Source: Myxococcales bacterium
Lineage (GTDB): Bacteria > Myxococcota_A > Polyangia > Palsa-1104 > JAEUJZ01
Direction of reading: 5' to 3'
Assembly (NCBI GenBank): GCA_016794365.1
Contig: JAEUKB010000025.1
Coordinates: 116,693 to 180,692 of the forward strand
Length of the DNA stretch: 64,000 nt
The position numbers were made by a program, and so were the translations under genes. Below, piece after piece: positions 37,570 to 47,507 of the stretch. A model generated the notes under the pieces. That model did not search any database. It worked only from the letters and a program-made list of their open reading frames with translations, and was not told the DNA's origin. Numbering within the stretch: position 1 is the stretch's first letter; the number at the start of each line of letters is the position of its first letter.

Positions 37570-37734
37570 TGCCTGTCATTTTGTCACGCGGGAGCGGTGT
37601 CTCACAAGCTGCTTGGTTCGGTGTCCCCACAGCGTGCGGAGATTTCCCAACGATTCCCAAGTCCGTGTCTGCGTGTGTTTCCAAGTGTGTCTGTCTGTGT
37701 TCATCGCTGTGCATTCCGTAGAGCGGTCCCTCGT

Positions 37735-37854
37735 GTGGTCCTTTGTGTGGTCTTTTATGTGGTCCTTTGTGTGGTCCTTTGTGTGGTCTTTTATGTGGTC
37801 CTTTGTGTGGTCCCTTGTGTGGTCCTTTGTGTGGTCCTTTGTGTGGTCCTTTGC
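37735..37854. repeat. 10 tandem copies of a 12-bp unit GTGGTCCTTTGT (variants GTGGTCTTTTAT, GTGGTCCCTTGT) in the divergent intergenic region between the PEGA gene and the type VI secretion cluster
   Basis: Direct reading of 37733-37856. Confidence 0.9.
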
Positions 37855-38020
37855 GTAGATCGATCCCTCGCTTTTGCTGTCTGTGAAGGCAAGTAATCTT
37901 GCGCGCATAGGAGCCGTTTCCCGCTTCCATCCTCTCGAAAAATGGGTCTATAATCCTGGCCGAGGGGATGAACCAGACGTGCTTGCTGTGTGGCTCGGCC
38001 AGGCTCGTGCAACAGACAGA

Positions 38021-38434
38021 ATGCTACGGCTGCTGATCCTTGCATGCTGCCTTAGCATGGGCTGTGCAACGCGTCCGTGGCGGATGCAGATGACGCTAGC
38101 CACCGACGCAAACAACAACTCTCCTGTCTTGATTTCAGTGGTGCTTCCCAAGAGCCAACCGCTGTTCAAGAAGCTGCTGGATTTGACCGCAAAGCAGTGG
38201 TTTACACAGCGTGAACAGCTGCTGCGCGATCATCGTCGCGATCTGGAAGAGACGTACTTCGAGTTCATTCCGGGTCAGCAAGTTCCTGAGATCAATCGCA
38301 AAGTTGCGAGCAGTGTCAGCCAAGGGATTCTGTTTGTGAACTATCAGACGCCCGGCTCGCATCGCTACACCTTCGACGTAAACCAAGTGCTCAAGATCAG
38401 CTTTGCGCAGCAGAGTGTGAACCTGAGCCAGTAA
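38021..38434 (+). CDS. small lipoprotein at the head of the type VI secretion cluster, candidate TssJ
   Basis: Lipoprotein-type signal MLRLLILACCLSMGC from the internal ATG at 38021. About 137 aa, immediately upstream of tssK, the usual tssJ position. No direct sequence recognition of TssJ. Confidence 0.45.
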   Translation: MLRLLILACCLSMGCATRPWRMQMTLATDANNNSPVLISVVLPKSQPLFKKLLDLTAKQWFTQREQLLRDHRRDLEETYFEFIPGQQVPEINRKVASSVSQGILFVNYQTPGSHRYTFDVNQVLKISFAQQSVNLSQ

Positions 38435-38452
38435 TGGGAAGTAGGAATCGGA

Positions 38453-39793
38453 ATGCCGAGCGCGCATGATCTTCCTCCGCAGATTCAATGGCATGAAGGA
38501 ATGCTTCTGGCCCCGCAGCACTTTCAGCAGATGGTGCAGCGAACGGAAAAGCTCCTTCACTACCATGTGAGTCTGGGGCTTCCCTATCAGTTCGGAGTGA
38601 CGCGACTTCGTTATGAATCGACGCAGCTCTTTACCGGAACGCTGCGTGTGACAGAGCTGGAAGCCGTGCTTCCCGATGGCCTGGTGGTGTCCTTCCGAAC
38701 GGGGCCCGCTGCGGAGCTTCAGGTCGATCTGAAATCCCATGCAGAGAGCGCAAAACACGCGCCGATTCCTATCTATCTGGTGGTTCCGATCGAACGGACA
38801 GGGGGCAGCAAAGGCGAAGGAGATCTGGGTCGATTTCTTTCGATTCCCGGCGATGAAGTCGATGACGAGGTAAGCGGTGGTCGTCCGCTGCGGATTCCTC
38901 GTCTAAAACCAAGGCTGCGCTTGATTGCGGGGTCAGAGCCGCCACCGCCGCGCTTTGTGGCGCTTCCGCTGCTGGCCGTGATCTACAAAAACGGTGCGTT
39001 TGTTCCTGCGGACTACATCCCGCCGCTGATTCGGGTGGAAGTAGACTCTGCGCTGGGCGAGCTGTGCGCGCAAGTCAGCAGCCTGATTCGCGCCAAAGCG
39101 ACGTATCTGCTGGAAGTGATTCGATCTCCTGCGATTACGACCAAGCCACAAGCGATCGAAGAAAACCGCAGACTGCTGTCGCAGCTGGTCATGAACTTGC
39201 CTCCCTTTGAGGCACTTTTGGCGACGGGAATCAGCCATCCTTATGCGCTCTATGTTGCGCTGACAGCGGTGGCCGGAAGTGTGGCAGGCGTTGGCAATCA
39301 GCTCATGCCGCCGGTCTTTCCTGCGTACGATCACCTGAACCTTCGGCGATCCTTTGCGGAGGTCATTCAGTTTGTGAATCAGTCTCTCAGCGACGGAATT
39401 TCCGAAGCGTTTACTGCGCTTCCGTTCCGCAATGAAAACAATCTGTTTGCACTTCAGTTTGAGCGTGAGTGGACGCGCCGCACGGTGGTTGTGGGCTTCA
39501 AAGGGGCGCCAGGGGCAACGGATCAGCAGATTACAGAGTGGGTGACGAGCAGTCTGATCGGAACAGCCAGTCGCTTCAAAGTGCTGCGTGAGCGACGAGT
39601 GCTGGGAGCGAGTCGGACCCCCATTGATCGGTTGGAAGGTCTGGTGGCAACGCGCGGAATGCTGCTGTTTCAGCTTCAGATAAACCCAGAGTTTATTGTT
39701 CCAGGCGAGCCGCTTGTGATTGGAAACTCTGTGGAAAAGCCACCGGGAATTCGTCCGGCAGAGGCCTCTCTATATGTCGCAAACAAAGAGTAG
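38453..39793 (+). CDS. tssK: type VI secretion system baseplate subunit TssK
   Basis: N-terminus PPQIQWHEGMLLAPQHFQQ is the conserved TssK start; 446 aa; position between the lipoprotein and tssL. Confidence 0.85.
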   Translation: MPSAHDLPPQIQWHEGMLLAPQHFQQMVQRTEKLLHYHVSLGLPYQFGVTRLRYESTQLFTGTLRVTELEAVLPDGLVVSFRTGPAAELQVDLKSHAESAKHAPIPIYLVVPIERTGGSKGEGDLGRFLSIPGDEVDDEVSGGRPLRIPRLKPRLRLIAGSEPPPPRFVALPLLAVIYKNGAFVPADYIPPLIRVEVDSALGELCAQVSSLIRAKATYLLEVIRSPAITTKPQAIEENRRLLSQLVMNLPPFEALLATGISHPYALYVALTAVAGSVAGVGNQLMPPVFPAYDHLNLRRSFAEVIQFVNQSLSDGISEAFTALPFRNENNLFALQFEREWTRRTVVVGFKGAPGATDQQITEWVTSSLIGTASRFKVLRERRVLGASRTPIDRLEGLVATRGMLLFQLQINPEFIVPGEPLVIGNSVEKPPGIRPAEASLYVANKE

Positions 39794-39864
39794 GAAGGCT
39801 CTGCAAGCTGGCGACTGCGCGAACCTCGGCGCGATCCACATCTTTACAGTGACGAGGGCGCAAG

Positions 39865-40773
39865 ATGGCGAGTGAGTCCTCAGATCAGCTCTTTTTGGTG
39901 GACTATTTCCGCGAGTTCTACGCAGCGGTGCTGCAACACCGCATGCAGATCGAGCGCTCGCAGCTTCCGCCATCCGAAGAGGACAGCATTGAGATTCGCG
40001 AAGCCGATATCTTGGCGGAAGAAAAGATTCCGGGGGCAGAGCAGTCGCAGATCGCACCTGACATTGTGCAAGCACTCCTGATCGAGCTGATGGAATCGCA
40101 GCAGCAAGCGATTCAGCGACGCGGAGATCCGCGCGAACAGAAGCGCTTTCGTGAAATCCAGTACGTCATGTCAGCGATGGCTGATGAAGTCATGCTGAGC
40201 ATTGAGTGGATCGGAAAAGAATACTGGAGCACCCACCTGCTCGAAGAGCGTCTGTTTGGAACGCACGATGCAGGAACGCGCTTTTTTGATCACCTAGACT
40301 CTCTGCTTCAGAACAGAGACGCGACGCGGGCCGATGTGCTAGCGGTGTATCTGCTGGCGGTGTCGCTGGGTTTCCGGGGCAAGCATCGCACCGTGAACAG
40401 CGCCGCGCAGATTGCACACTATCGAAACCAAGCGTACGTCACGCTGTTTCAGCGCAGTCCTGCCCTTCCCGAAAGCTCTCCGCTGTTTCCGCAAGCCTAC
40501 GCACATACGCTGGATGGACAGTCGCCAAGCTGGCTGCCGCAGCTTCGTCCGTGGCTCCTGTCGTTGATCGGTGTCGCGGTGTTCTATCTGTTGGTTGCAC
40601 ATGTGATCTGGGATCGCCGATCGACCTCCGTTGGGAATCGCTTGGAAGAGATTCTTCAGCACAAAGACAGTCCGACATTGAACACACCGAGTAAGTCGGT
40701 CGGCAGCCAAATGGAGCCGAAATCAGAGACTGCAACTGCGACCGCAAGCAGCGCATCTGTAGGAAAGAAATAG
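39865..40773 (+). CDS. tssL: type VI secretion system membrane subunit TssL (DotU family)
   Basis: About 300 aa with a cytoplasmic helical domain and a single C-terminal TM helix (WLLSLIGVAVFYLLVAHVIW); located after tssK. Confidence 0.65.
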   Translation: MASESSDQLFLVDYFREFYAAVLQHRMQIERSQLPPSEEDSIEIREADILAEEKIPGAEQSQIAPDIVQALLIELMESQQQAIQRRGDPREQKRFREIQYVMSAMADEVMLSIEWIGKEYWSTHLLEERLFGTHDAGTRFFDHLDSLLQNRDATRADVLAVYLLAVSLGFRGKHRTVNSAAQIAHYRNQAYVTLFQRSPALPESSPLFPQAYAHTLDGQSPSWLPQLRPWLLSLIGVAVFYLLVAHVIWDRRSTSVGNRLEEILQHKDSPTLNTPSKSVGSQMEPKSETATATASSASVGKK

Positions 40774-40848
40774 GGTTTTTTCGACGATGGTTCGCTGTGT
40801 TGGGAAGTGTTAGAGTGAGTCGTTACAGACGCCTGTCCTAGGGACAGG

Positions 40849-41928
40849 GTGGATGGGGGAACTGTGCCAAACCGCGTGCTCGGCTGGCTGATACTCTGTG
40901 TATCGGTAGTGCTGCTGTGTGCAGCTCCAGCTCTGTGTCAGGAAGAGAGTGCCGCGACCTATGAGGAAGAGGGCGCTCGGCTGTTCCTGAGCAAGAGCTA
41001 TGAGGGAGCGATCAAGCAGTTTACCCAAGCGTATCGGCTGGAGCCGAAGCCTCAGTATCTGTTTAACATCGGTCAGTCCTATCGCAAGCTGGGTCTGGCT
41101 GCGGAAGCAACGGAGTACTATCAGCGCTATCTGCATGATGAACAGAAGGTCGATCCGACCATCTATGCAGATCTGACATCCTACATTGATCAGTACTACG
41201 CATCCCAAGAGCGCGGCGGCAGTCGTCCCAAGGTAAGTGGTGAAGCAGCAGAGCCCGCACCGCTATTGGCAGCAGAGGAAATTGCCGACGCAGAAGAGCT
41301 GATCGCACAGTTTGTTCGGGATCATCGCGCAGGCAATCAAGCGGTCGCCAACGAGATCATGGATCAGCTCAAACAGGTGCTGCTGGTTCGTCGTGATCCG
41401 ATCCTGATGTATCACATTGCGAATGGCTTCGATCAGGTCAAAAAGCGCAAGGACGCGCTGGATTACTATCGTCGCTTTGTCGCAGTAGAGACAGCAGATC
41501 CACGACTTCGCCGTCGAGCATTTGAGCGGATTGCGCTGCTTACGCCTGCTCCTCCTGGTCAAAAATATCTGTGGCCAAGCTTGGCGCTGGCGATTCCAGG
41601 ACTCGCTGGTGTGCTGACCGGAGTCGGTCTTGCGGTTCAGTCTGGTGACAACTTTCAGCAGTTTCTTAGCGAAGCAGATGAACAGAAGAAGCGGGAGCTG
41701 CGCGACAAAGGAGTCGGTCTGTCGATCGGATCGGTGACCTCCTATGCCGTCGGTGGTGCCTTGCTCGCTGGCGCAGGAGCCTTTGCGATTGTGGCACTCA
41801 AAAAGGGAGTCCGTCAAAGCTCGGAAGAGAAGCGGACAGAGCCCACACGCGCACCAAAGAGCACCGTGACCGGATCTCTCTTGCCGCTTCCGGGCGGCTT
41901 GGGTCTGTCAATGGGGGGGAACTTTTAA
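40849..41928 (+). CDS. TPR-repeat membrane protein (non-core gene inserted in the type VI secretion cluster)
   Basis: N-terminal hydrophobic signal/anchor, TPR-like helices (GAIKQFTQAYRLEPKPQYLFNIGQSYRKLGLAAEATEYYQRYL) and two C-terminal TM segments. Confidence 0.55.
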   Translation: MDGGTVPNRVLGWLILCVSVVLLCAAPALCQEESAATYEEEGARLFLSKSYEGAIKQFTQAYRLEPKPQYLFNIGQSYRKLGLAAEATEYYQRYLHDEQKVDPTIYADLTSYIDQYYASQERGGSRPKVSGEAAEPAPLLAAEEIADAEELIAQFVRDHRAGNQAVANEIMDQLKQVLLVRRDPILMYHIANGFDQVKKRKDALDYYRRFVAVETADPRLRRRAFERIALLTPAPPGQKYLWPSLALAIPGLAGVLTGVGLAVQSGDNFQQFLSEADEQKKRELRDKGVGLSIGSVTSYAVGGALLAGAGAFAIVALKKGVRQSSEEKRTEPTRAPKSTVTGSLLPLPGGLGLSMGGNF

Positions 41929-43373
41929 TGCCTAAGACTACGCTTCTTTCTGCCTTGTTCGCGGTGGGATTGCTGGCTGGCTCTGGCTGCACGCTCACCA
42001 TGAATTATCAGCAGTGTACGCAAGACAGTGACTGCACTGCAGCGGATGGAACGCCGGGCTACTGCTCGTCGGATCAGCTCTGTCTGCCGAACACTCCGCT
42101 CGACAATCTGTGTACGATTACGATTCCTGATGCACCGTCTCCCAATGCGGTCCACTTGGGGGCTCTTTTGGATCTGCGTGACAGAAACGGAAGACTCGCA
42201 GAAGCGCATCGCTTGCTCGCGCTGAAGCTCGGGGTCAAGCAGATCAATGAGCTGGTGCAGCTTGATGGATCACGTCCGCTGGCAATCGATGTCTGCAATG
42301 TCGGAACATCGGCGATCGATGCAGACAATGCGACCAAGATCCTGATCGAGCAGCGCAATGTCGTTGCGATCATCGGACCGAACACTGCGTCGGCTGCGAC
42401 CAACATGATCGGTCGGATCAAAGCGGCTGGTGTGCCCACGATTTCGCCCGCGATCATGGACAGCGGAATCGCAGATGCGGCCAGCCAGGGTCTGTTTTAT
42501 CGCTTGGCTCCCGTCGAAAGAGAGCAGGGACTACAGCTTGTCCGCGAGTTGGTGACTCTTTCTGGTGGAAAGAGCACTTCGCAGCTGGGACTTTTGTCTG
42601 TCACCGATTCCTATGGTGAAAACATTCGGCGGAAATTTACGCCAGAGTGGCAGCGGCGCGATCCGAACAACAAGACCGATCGATTCTTTTCGTACAAAGA
42701 CAACGATGCCAACTTGCTCAGTGTCACGACCAAGACGCTGCTGGATGCCAAGCCCAGCTTTGTGGTGCTGATTCCGGGATCAAACAGTCATCAGGTGATT
42801 GGTGGCTTCGCAGATCTTCCGTTTGATCCAAAAAATCCTGGCTCATTCGAGAGTACGACTCAGATTCTGTCCGCTTCAAGTGGCCGTACTGGAGAGCTGA
42901 TCCGTCTGGCGCGTACTGGTGATGACAAGACGAAGAATCATCTGTCGCGCATTACCGGAGTCGCTCCGCTGAGCTTCATTGATAGTCAGGAAGGGGCTGA
43001 CTTTAAGTCGAGCTTTACCGCTACCAATCCGGGTCTGGCGCTGGAAGACGACTTCATGGTGGGCTACACCTACGACGCGCTGTTTGTGCTGGGTGCGGCC
43101 TCTGCCACATTCAAAGGAGCGAGCCGACCGGACCAGATTCTGTCTGTGCTGCGACGGCTCAATGGCAATGCCAACTCTCTGTCTCTGACTCCGCGACTGT
43201 TTAACGAAACGGTTCAGAAGCTGGCGCAGCAGCCGACTGATCCGTTCACTCTGCTCGGTGTTACAGGTGCGATTCGCTTTCAGACGGACGGTGGCCGAGA
43301 TCCGGTCCTGCTGGAGCGCTGGAAGATCGACGTAGCCAGCGGAGTGTATGTGAACACTCCGGCCAACATGTAA
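41928..43373 (+). CDS. periplasmic-binding-protein type I (Leu/Ile/Val-binding/receptor ligand-binding family) lipoprotein (non-core gene in the type VI secretion cluster)
   Basis: Lipoprotein signal (LLAGSGC). PBP1-like blocks (VVAIIGPNTASAATNMIGRIKAAGVPTISPA; FYRLAPVEREQG; KPSFVVLIPGSNS). Its start overlaps the upstream stop. Confidence 0.55.
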   Translation: MPKTTLLSALFAVGLLAGSGCTLTMNYQQCTQDSDCTAADGTPGYCSSDQLCLPNTPLDNLCTITIPDAPSPNAVHLGALLDLRDRNGRLAEAHRLLALKLGVKQINELVQLDGSRPLAIDVCNVGTSAIDADNATKILIEQRNVVAIIGPNTASAATNMIGRIKAAGVPTISPAIMDSGIADAASQGLFYRLAPVEREQGLQLVRELVTLSGGKSTSQLGLLSVTDSYGENIRRKFTPEWQRRDPNNKTDRFFSYKDNDANLLSVTTKTLLDAKPSFVVLIPGSNSHQVIGGFADLPFDPKNPGSFESTTQILSASSGRTGELIRLARTGDDKTKNHLSRITGVAPLSFIDSQEGADFKSSFTATNPGLALEDDFMVGYTYDALFVLGAASATFKGASRPDQILSVLRRLNGNANSLSLTPRLFNETVQKLAQQPTDPFTLLGVTGAIRFQTDGGRDPVLLERWKIDVASGVYVNTPANM

Positions 43374-43397
43374 CGCAGGGCCCATGGGAATCGTGAC

Positions 43398-46300
43398 GTG
43401 CTGATTCGCATTGCCATAGCTGTCTTCATTCTGGCGATCGTTGCCGTCGGAGTCTTTTTTATTTTGCGAACGATTCGCAAAAAGAAAGAGAAGTCGGCGG
43501 CTCCTCCGCCCCCGCCCAAAGATCCACAGAAGGCGCGTCGGATCGCAGAGCTACGTACCAGCTTGAGCGCGCTGGTTGCAGAAGAGCTTAAGCAGCTTGA
43601 TCAGAATGTGGGCGGAGTGGCTGGTCGCTACTCCATGCCCTGGTGTCTGGTCCTAAGTGAAAAGGGTGCGGGACAGAGCACCGTCCTACAGAACACCGGG
43701 CTTCACATTCCGTTCCGTGGCGCCAGCGATCAGCTTGCAGAGTCCGCACACTGTCGCTTCTGGTTTTACGACAAAGGAATCGCAATCGATCTAGGGTCAG
43801 AGATCTGGCAGGAAGAAGAGGTCTTTGTTCACTTCTGTCATCTACTGCGAGCGGCGCGACCGAAGCGTCCGGTGGACTCTGTTCTGGTCTTGGTTGCTGC
43901 TGACAATCTCGTCGGTGATGACAAGCTAACAGAAGAACATCTGAAGGCAAACAGCGAGCTTTTGTATCAGCGACTGCTGCGCTTTCAGCAAGAGATCTCG
44001 CTGCGTCTTCCTACCTACGTGATGATCAGCAAGAGCGATACGATTCCCGGCTTTACAGCGTTCTGTGGGGGTCTGTCGAGTCATCAGCGCGAGCAGCTTG
44101 CGGGCTGGTCGTCTCCTCATCCGCTCAATGTTTCGTATAGCTCTTCGTGGGTCGATCAAGCCTTTGCAGAGCTATACAACACCCAGTGTGGACTTCAGCT
44201 TGATCTGCTAGCCAGCGCGCGGCTATCGGACAAAGAGCAGGATCTCGCATTCCTTCTGCCTCGCAACACCCAAGCGCTGCGCGATCCGATGAAGACGTTT
44301 CTGGATCAGCTCTTCCGGGTCAGCGTCTACAGCGAGTCGAACCTTCTGCGCGGCGTCTATATGTGCGGTGACGCAACGATCGCAAGTGCGATGGTGCAGA
44401 AGTCCGAAAACGCGGAAGGACAGAAGCATCCGGTCTTCATTCACGATCTGTTTGCGAAGAAGCTGTTTCCTGAAAGTGGACTGGCCAAGCCACTGAAGAA
44501 GGGAATGATGAACCAGCAGCGAGCGCTGCGGCTGGTGCGTGTTGCGCTCGGTGCATCGGTGCTGGTGAGCGTGCTGCTCCTGTGGACTGCGTACGCAAAC
44601 CTGAGCCGCGATGTGCGCGCAGTGATGGGATTTTTGGACAAAGTGCCGGTGGGAACCACGCTGTCGGTTGCACAAGACAAAGACCGCTTTGCCCAGCAGA
44701 CCCAAGAGCTTTTGGCGGCGATTGGGAATGTCGCCAACAGTCGTCTGTTTAGCGTACGGCTTCCGTCTTCATGGCTTAGCTCGCTGGATGATGACGTTCA
44801 GGAAGCGATGCGTCGATCGTTTGAGCGCGTGGTGCTGGGCGGACTGCATGAAGGTCTGGCACTGAAAGCCAAGCAAGTGCTGGGGCTGGAAGGGGACTTG
44901 GCTGCACCAGTTCCCAGCGACGAGCCACCGCCCGCTGGAGAGCAAGGATCGGGGCGTCCTGAAGGCGGTACAGAGCGGCTGAATTCCAAGACGGTTCAGA
45001 TTCAGTCGCTTCAGAACATGCCGGAGTATCAAGAGCTTCGCGAGCTGTCGCGCGCCTATCTGGAGTTTGTACAGAACGTCGATACGTACAACCGCTTGGG
45101 GGCCGATCATCACAAGCGCTTTGACACCGTGGTACCGCTGGTGAAGTACGTGTTTGGCGTCGAGCTTCAGCCAGTCTTTCTGCGCAACGCAGAGCTTTAT
45201 CAAGAGGCGCTCGCCAACGCGACCAGTCGTTCCTTTGACATGCGGCTGGTGAATCCGAAAGTGCAAGCGCGCGCGCGGATGATCTGCAAAGCGCTGCATC
45301 GAAGGCTGTTTATCGACAACGCGATCGCGATCGAAACAGAAGAGATCTTGGCACACATAAGTCGTCTCAAAGCAGAGAGCGAAGGTGGTGGTGCAGACCT
45401 TCCAGTCCTGAGCGAGCTGCGTGATGTTCTTCAGCGCTTGGATCGCGATCTCAGCCGTCCAGAGCTTCAGTGGCTGTCCAAGGACTCACTGGATCTGGGG
45501 GATGCGATGAGCGAAGTTCTTTCGTCGCTGCGACACTTTTCCCCGGATGGTCGGATGAGCGATGAGCTGCGTCAGGAATGGCAGCAGTCGCATCAGCAGC
45601 TACGGCGCAGACTGCTGGAAGTTCAGCTTCCTGCGATGGGTGTGATCATCGCGCGCGACAATGAAAAGCATCGCTTGGTGATCACGCAAGGAGTGGTCGA
45701 GCTAAAGGCCAACCTAGAGACATTCCTATCGCTCGCGTTTGTGCAGCAGAACTTGGAAAAGCCGCATGCACAGAACTCGGAAGGTTCCTATCGCGTGGTG
45801 TGGAATGATGATCTGCTGCGTCAGTCCACAGCGTTTGCGGATGCCTACGATGCGTACGTCCGGGATCGCTTGGGACAGATGTATCGTCACATCCGTGAAG
45901 TCGTAAAGAGCACTGCGCTGGAACGACTGGGACAGAACATGCCAGCGCTGGTGGGACAAGCGCGAAGGGAAGAGCGCGTGCTGCGCTTTAGTGGCGATGT
46001 CAACGCGCTGCAAGATGAGCTAAGCAGTGAGGTCGGTGATCTCAAGCGTGTCTCGACGGTGCTACGCCAGATTCTGGAAACATACGATCGCTTGGGACTC
46101 AAGGCTGCGCATGCCGAGCTGTATCAGCAGCTTCAGGAAGACTCACGCGAGATCTTGCGGCGAATCGATCTGTTACCAGAGCGCGAAGAGATGTATCGCG
46201 TGTCGAGCAAGCTGGCGAGCTGGCGCGGAGACAAGCCTCCTGTGCTGGCTGCGTTTGATGTGGAAGATGCAGATGCGCTGTCGCAGTACATCAAGACGCA

Positions 46301-47501
46301 GCGCAATCGAATCAAGGGCTGGGGACGCGACTATGCCAAGGTTCCGGTGTCTCTGCTCGATGGCTTAACCAGCGCACGCAGCGACGATCCTCTGCTGGGC
46401 AAGTGGCGCAACATCGTCAATCAGCTGGAGTACTTTGAGCGCATGACGCCGGGGAACTCCGTGAAGGAAATGGAGTCATTTTTTGACACCACTCTCATCA
46501 CGGTGACACCGGAAAACTGTCTGGACAAGCTGCCGAAACAGACTGGAGACAACACCGACTTTTTCTTGCAAGCCAAAGCGCGGGTGCATGACTCCGTTCG
46601 GAAGCGCTGCTTGGTGTTCGCGGCAGAAAAGATCCTAGAGATGTACGAGCACCTGGCGCGGCGCTTTAACCAAGACCTCGCTGGGAAGTTCCCCTTTACG
46701 CGCAACGCGCAGTCGCTGGACGATCCAGATGCGATTCCGCGCGACATTCGCGGCTTCTTCCAAGAATACGATGAGTTCATTCGTCAGTACGATGCCTACG
46801 TAGGCCGACGTGAGACGATTGGCGGATCGGGGGAAGTGGGTCGCGAGGTGAATAGCTTCCTACAGGCGCTGCGCGAAGTCCGTCCGTTCTTTGCGCCCCT
46901 GCTTGGCGATCGCGGAGATCTGGCGCGCTACAACGTCTCGATCGATTACCGCATCAACAAGAGCAATGAGATAAACGGTCAGCAGATTGCAGAGTGGGGC
47001 TTTGCAACCGGCGATCAGAAGGTCGATGACGGACAGGGGGCTTGGCAGCTTGGGGATCGCGTCCGCTTGTCGATGCGCTGGGCCAAAGATGGTCCGTATG
47101 TTCCGGCTCCTACAGGGCAGCCGCGTGGTGCTTCGGTGGACTCGAACGACACCATCTCGTTTGACTTTGCGGGTATCTGGGGCTTGGTGCGAATCATTCG
47201 CATGTTCCGCGCTTCGCCGATCGATCTGCGCAAGTCGCTCGATCGGCAGCCACATGTCCTGAAGTTCATGGTCGATATCACAGAGCGCAAGCACACGGGG
47301 CGTGTACGGCTTTTGCCGGATTCCTACTACACGAACAAGGGCAACACCCCGAGCGGAGCGGCCAAGATGTCGTTCCTTTACAACAAGGCGGTGGTGTTTG
47401 TGCGTATCGTCATAAATCCACCAGAGAGCAAGGAGCTGCTGGTGATTCCCGCCGACTGGCCGACCTTGGCACCGCTGACACGCGGACGGAATGGACAGTG
47501 A
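43398..47501 (+). CDS. tssM: type VI secretion system membrane subunit TssM (IcmF family)
   Basis: 1367 aa. N-terminal TM helices; degenerate P-loop region (WCLVLSEKGAGQSTVL); large periplasmic C-terminal IcmF-related domain. GTG start. Confidence 0.8.
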   Translation: MLIRIAIAVFILAIVAVGVFFILRTIRKKKEKSAAPPPPPKDPQKARRIAELRTSLSALVAEELKQLDQNVGGVAGRYSMPWCLVLSEKGAGQSTVLQNTGLHIPFRGASDQLAESAHCRFWFYDKGIAIDLGSEIWQEEEVFVHFCHLLRAARPKRPVDSVLVLVAADNLVGDDKLTEEHLKANSELLYQRLLRFQQEISLRLPTYVMISKSDTIPGFTAFCGGLSSHQREQLAGWSSPHPLNVSYSSSWVDQAFAELYNTQCGLQLDLLASARLSDKEQDLAFLLPRNTQALRDPMKTFLDQLFRVSVYSESNLLRGVYMCGDATIASAMVQKSENAEGQKHPVFIHDLFAKKLFPESGLAKPLKKGMMNQQRALRLVRVALGASVLVSVLLLWTAYANLSRDVRAVMGFLDKVPVGTTLSVAQDKDRFAQQTQELLAAIGNVANSRLFSVRLPSSWLSSLDDDVQEAMRRSFERVVLGGLHEGLALKAKQVLGLEGDLAAPVPSDEPPPAGEQGSGRPEGGTERLNSKTVQIQSLQNMPEYQELRELSRAYLEFVQNVDTYNRLGADHHKRFDTVVPLVKYVFGVELQPVFLRNAELYQEALANATSRSFDMRLVNPKVQARARMICKALHRRLFIDNAIAIETEEILAHISRLKAESEGGGADLPVLSELRDVLQRLDRDLSRPELQWLSKDSLDLGDAMSEVLSSLRHFSPDGRMSDELRQEWQQSHQQLRRRLLEVQLPAMGVIIARDNEKHRLVITQGVVELKANLETFLSLAFVQQNLEKPHAQNSEGSYRVVWNDDLLRQSTAFADAYDAYVRDRLGQMYRHIREVVKSTALERLGQNMPALVGQARREERVLRFSGDVNALQDELSSEVGDLKRVSTVLRQILETYDRLGLKAAHAELYQQLQEDSREILRRIDLLPEREEMYRVSSKLASWRGDKPPVLAAFDVEDADALSQYIKTQRNRIKGWGRDYAKVPVSLLDGLTSARSDDPLLGKWRNIVNQLEYFERMTPGNSVKEMESFFDTTLITVTPENCLDKLPKQTGDNTDFFLQAKARVHDSVRKRCLVFAAEKILEMYEHLARRFNQDLAGKFPFTRNAQSLDDPDAIPRDIRGFFQEYDEFIRQYDAYVGRRETIGGSGEVGREVNSFLQALREVRPFFAPLLGDRGDLARYNVSIDYRINKSNEINGQQIAEWGFATGDQKVDDGQGAWQLGDRVRLSMRWAKDGPYVPAPTGQPRGASVDSNDTISFDFAGIWGLVRIIRMFRASPIDLRKSLDRQPHVLKFMVDITERKHTGRVRLLPDSYYTNKGNTPSGAAKMSFLYNKAVVFVRIVINPPESKELLVIPADWPTLAPLTRGRNGQ

Positions 47502-47507
47502 GGAAGC

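Noticed and set aside
37564-37908. ORFs encoding VLCVV... (plus) and KDHTKDHT... (minus) across the 12-bp repeat
   Set aside because: Pure translations of the intergenic minisatellite, with no start context and no flanking coding signal.
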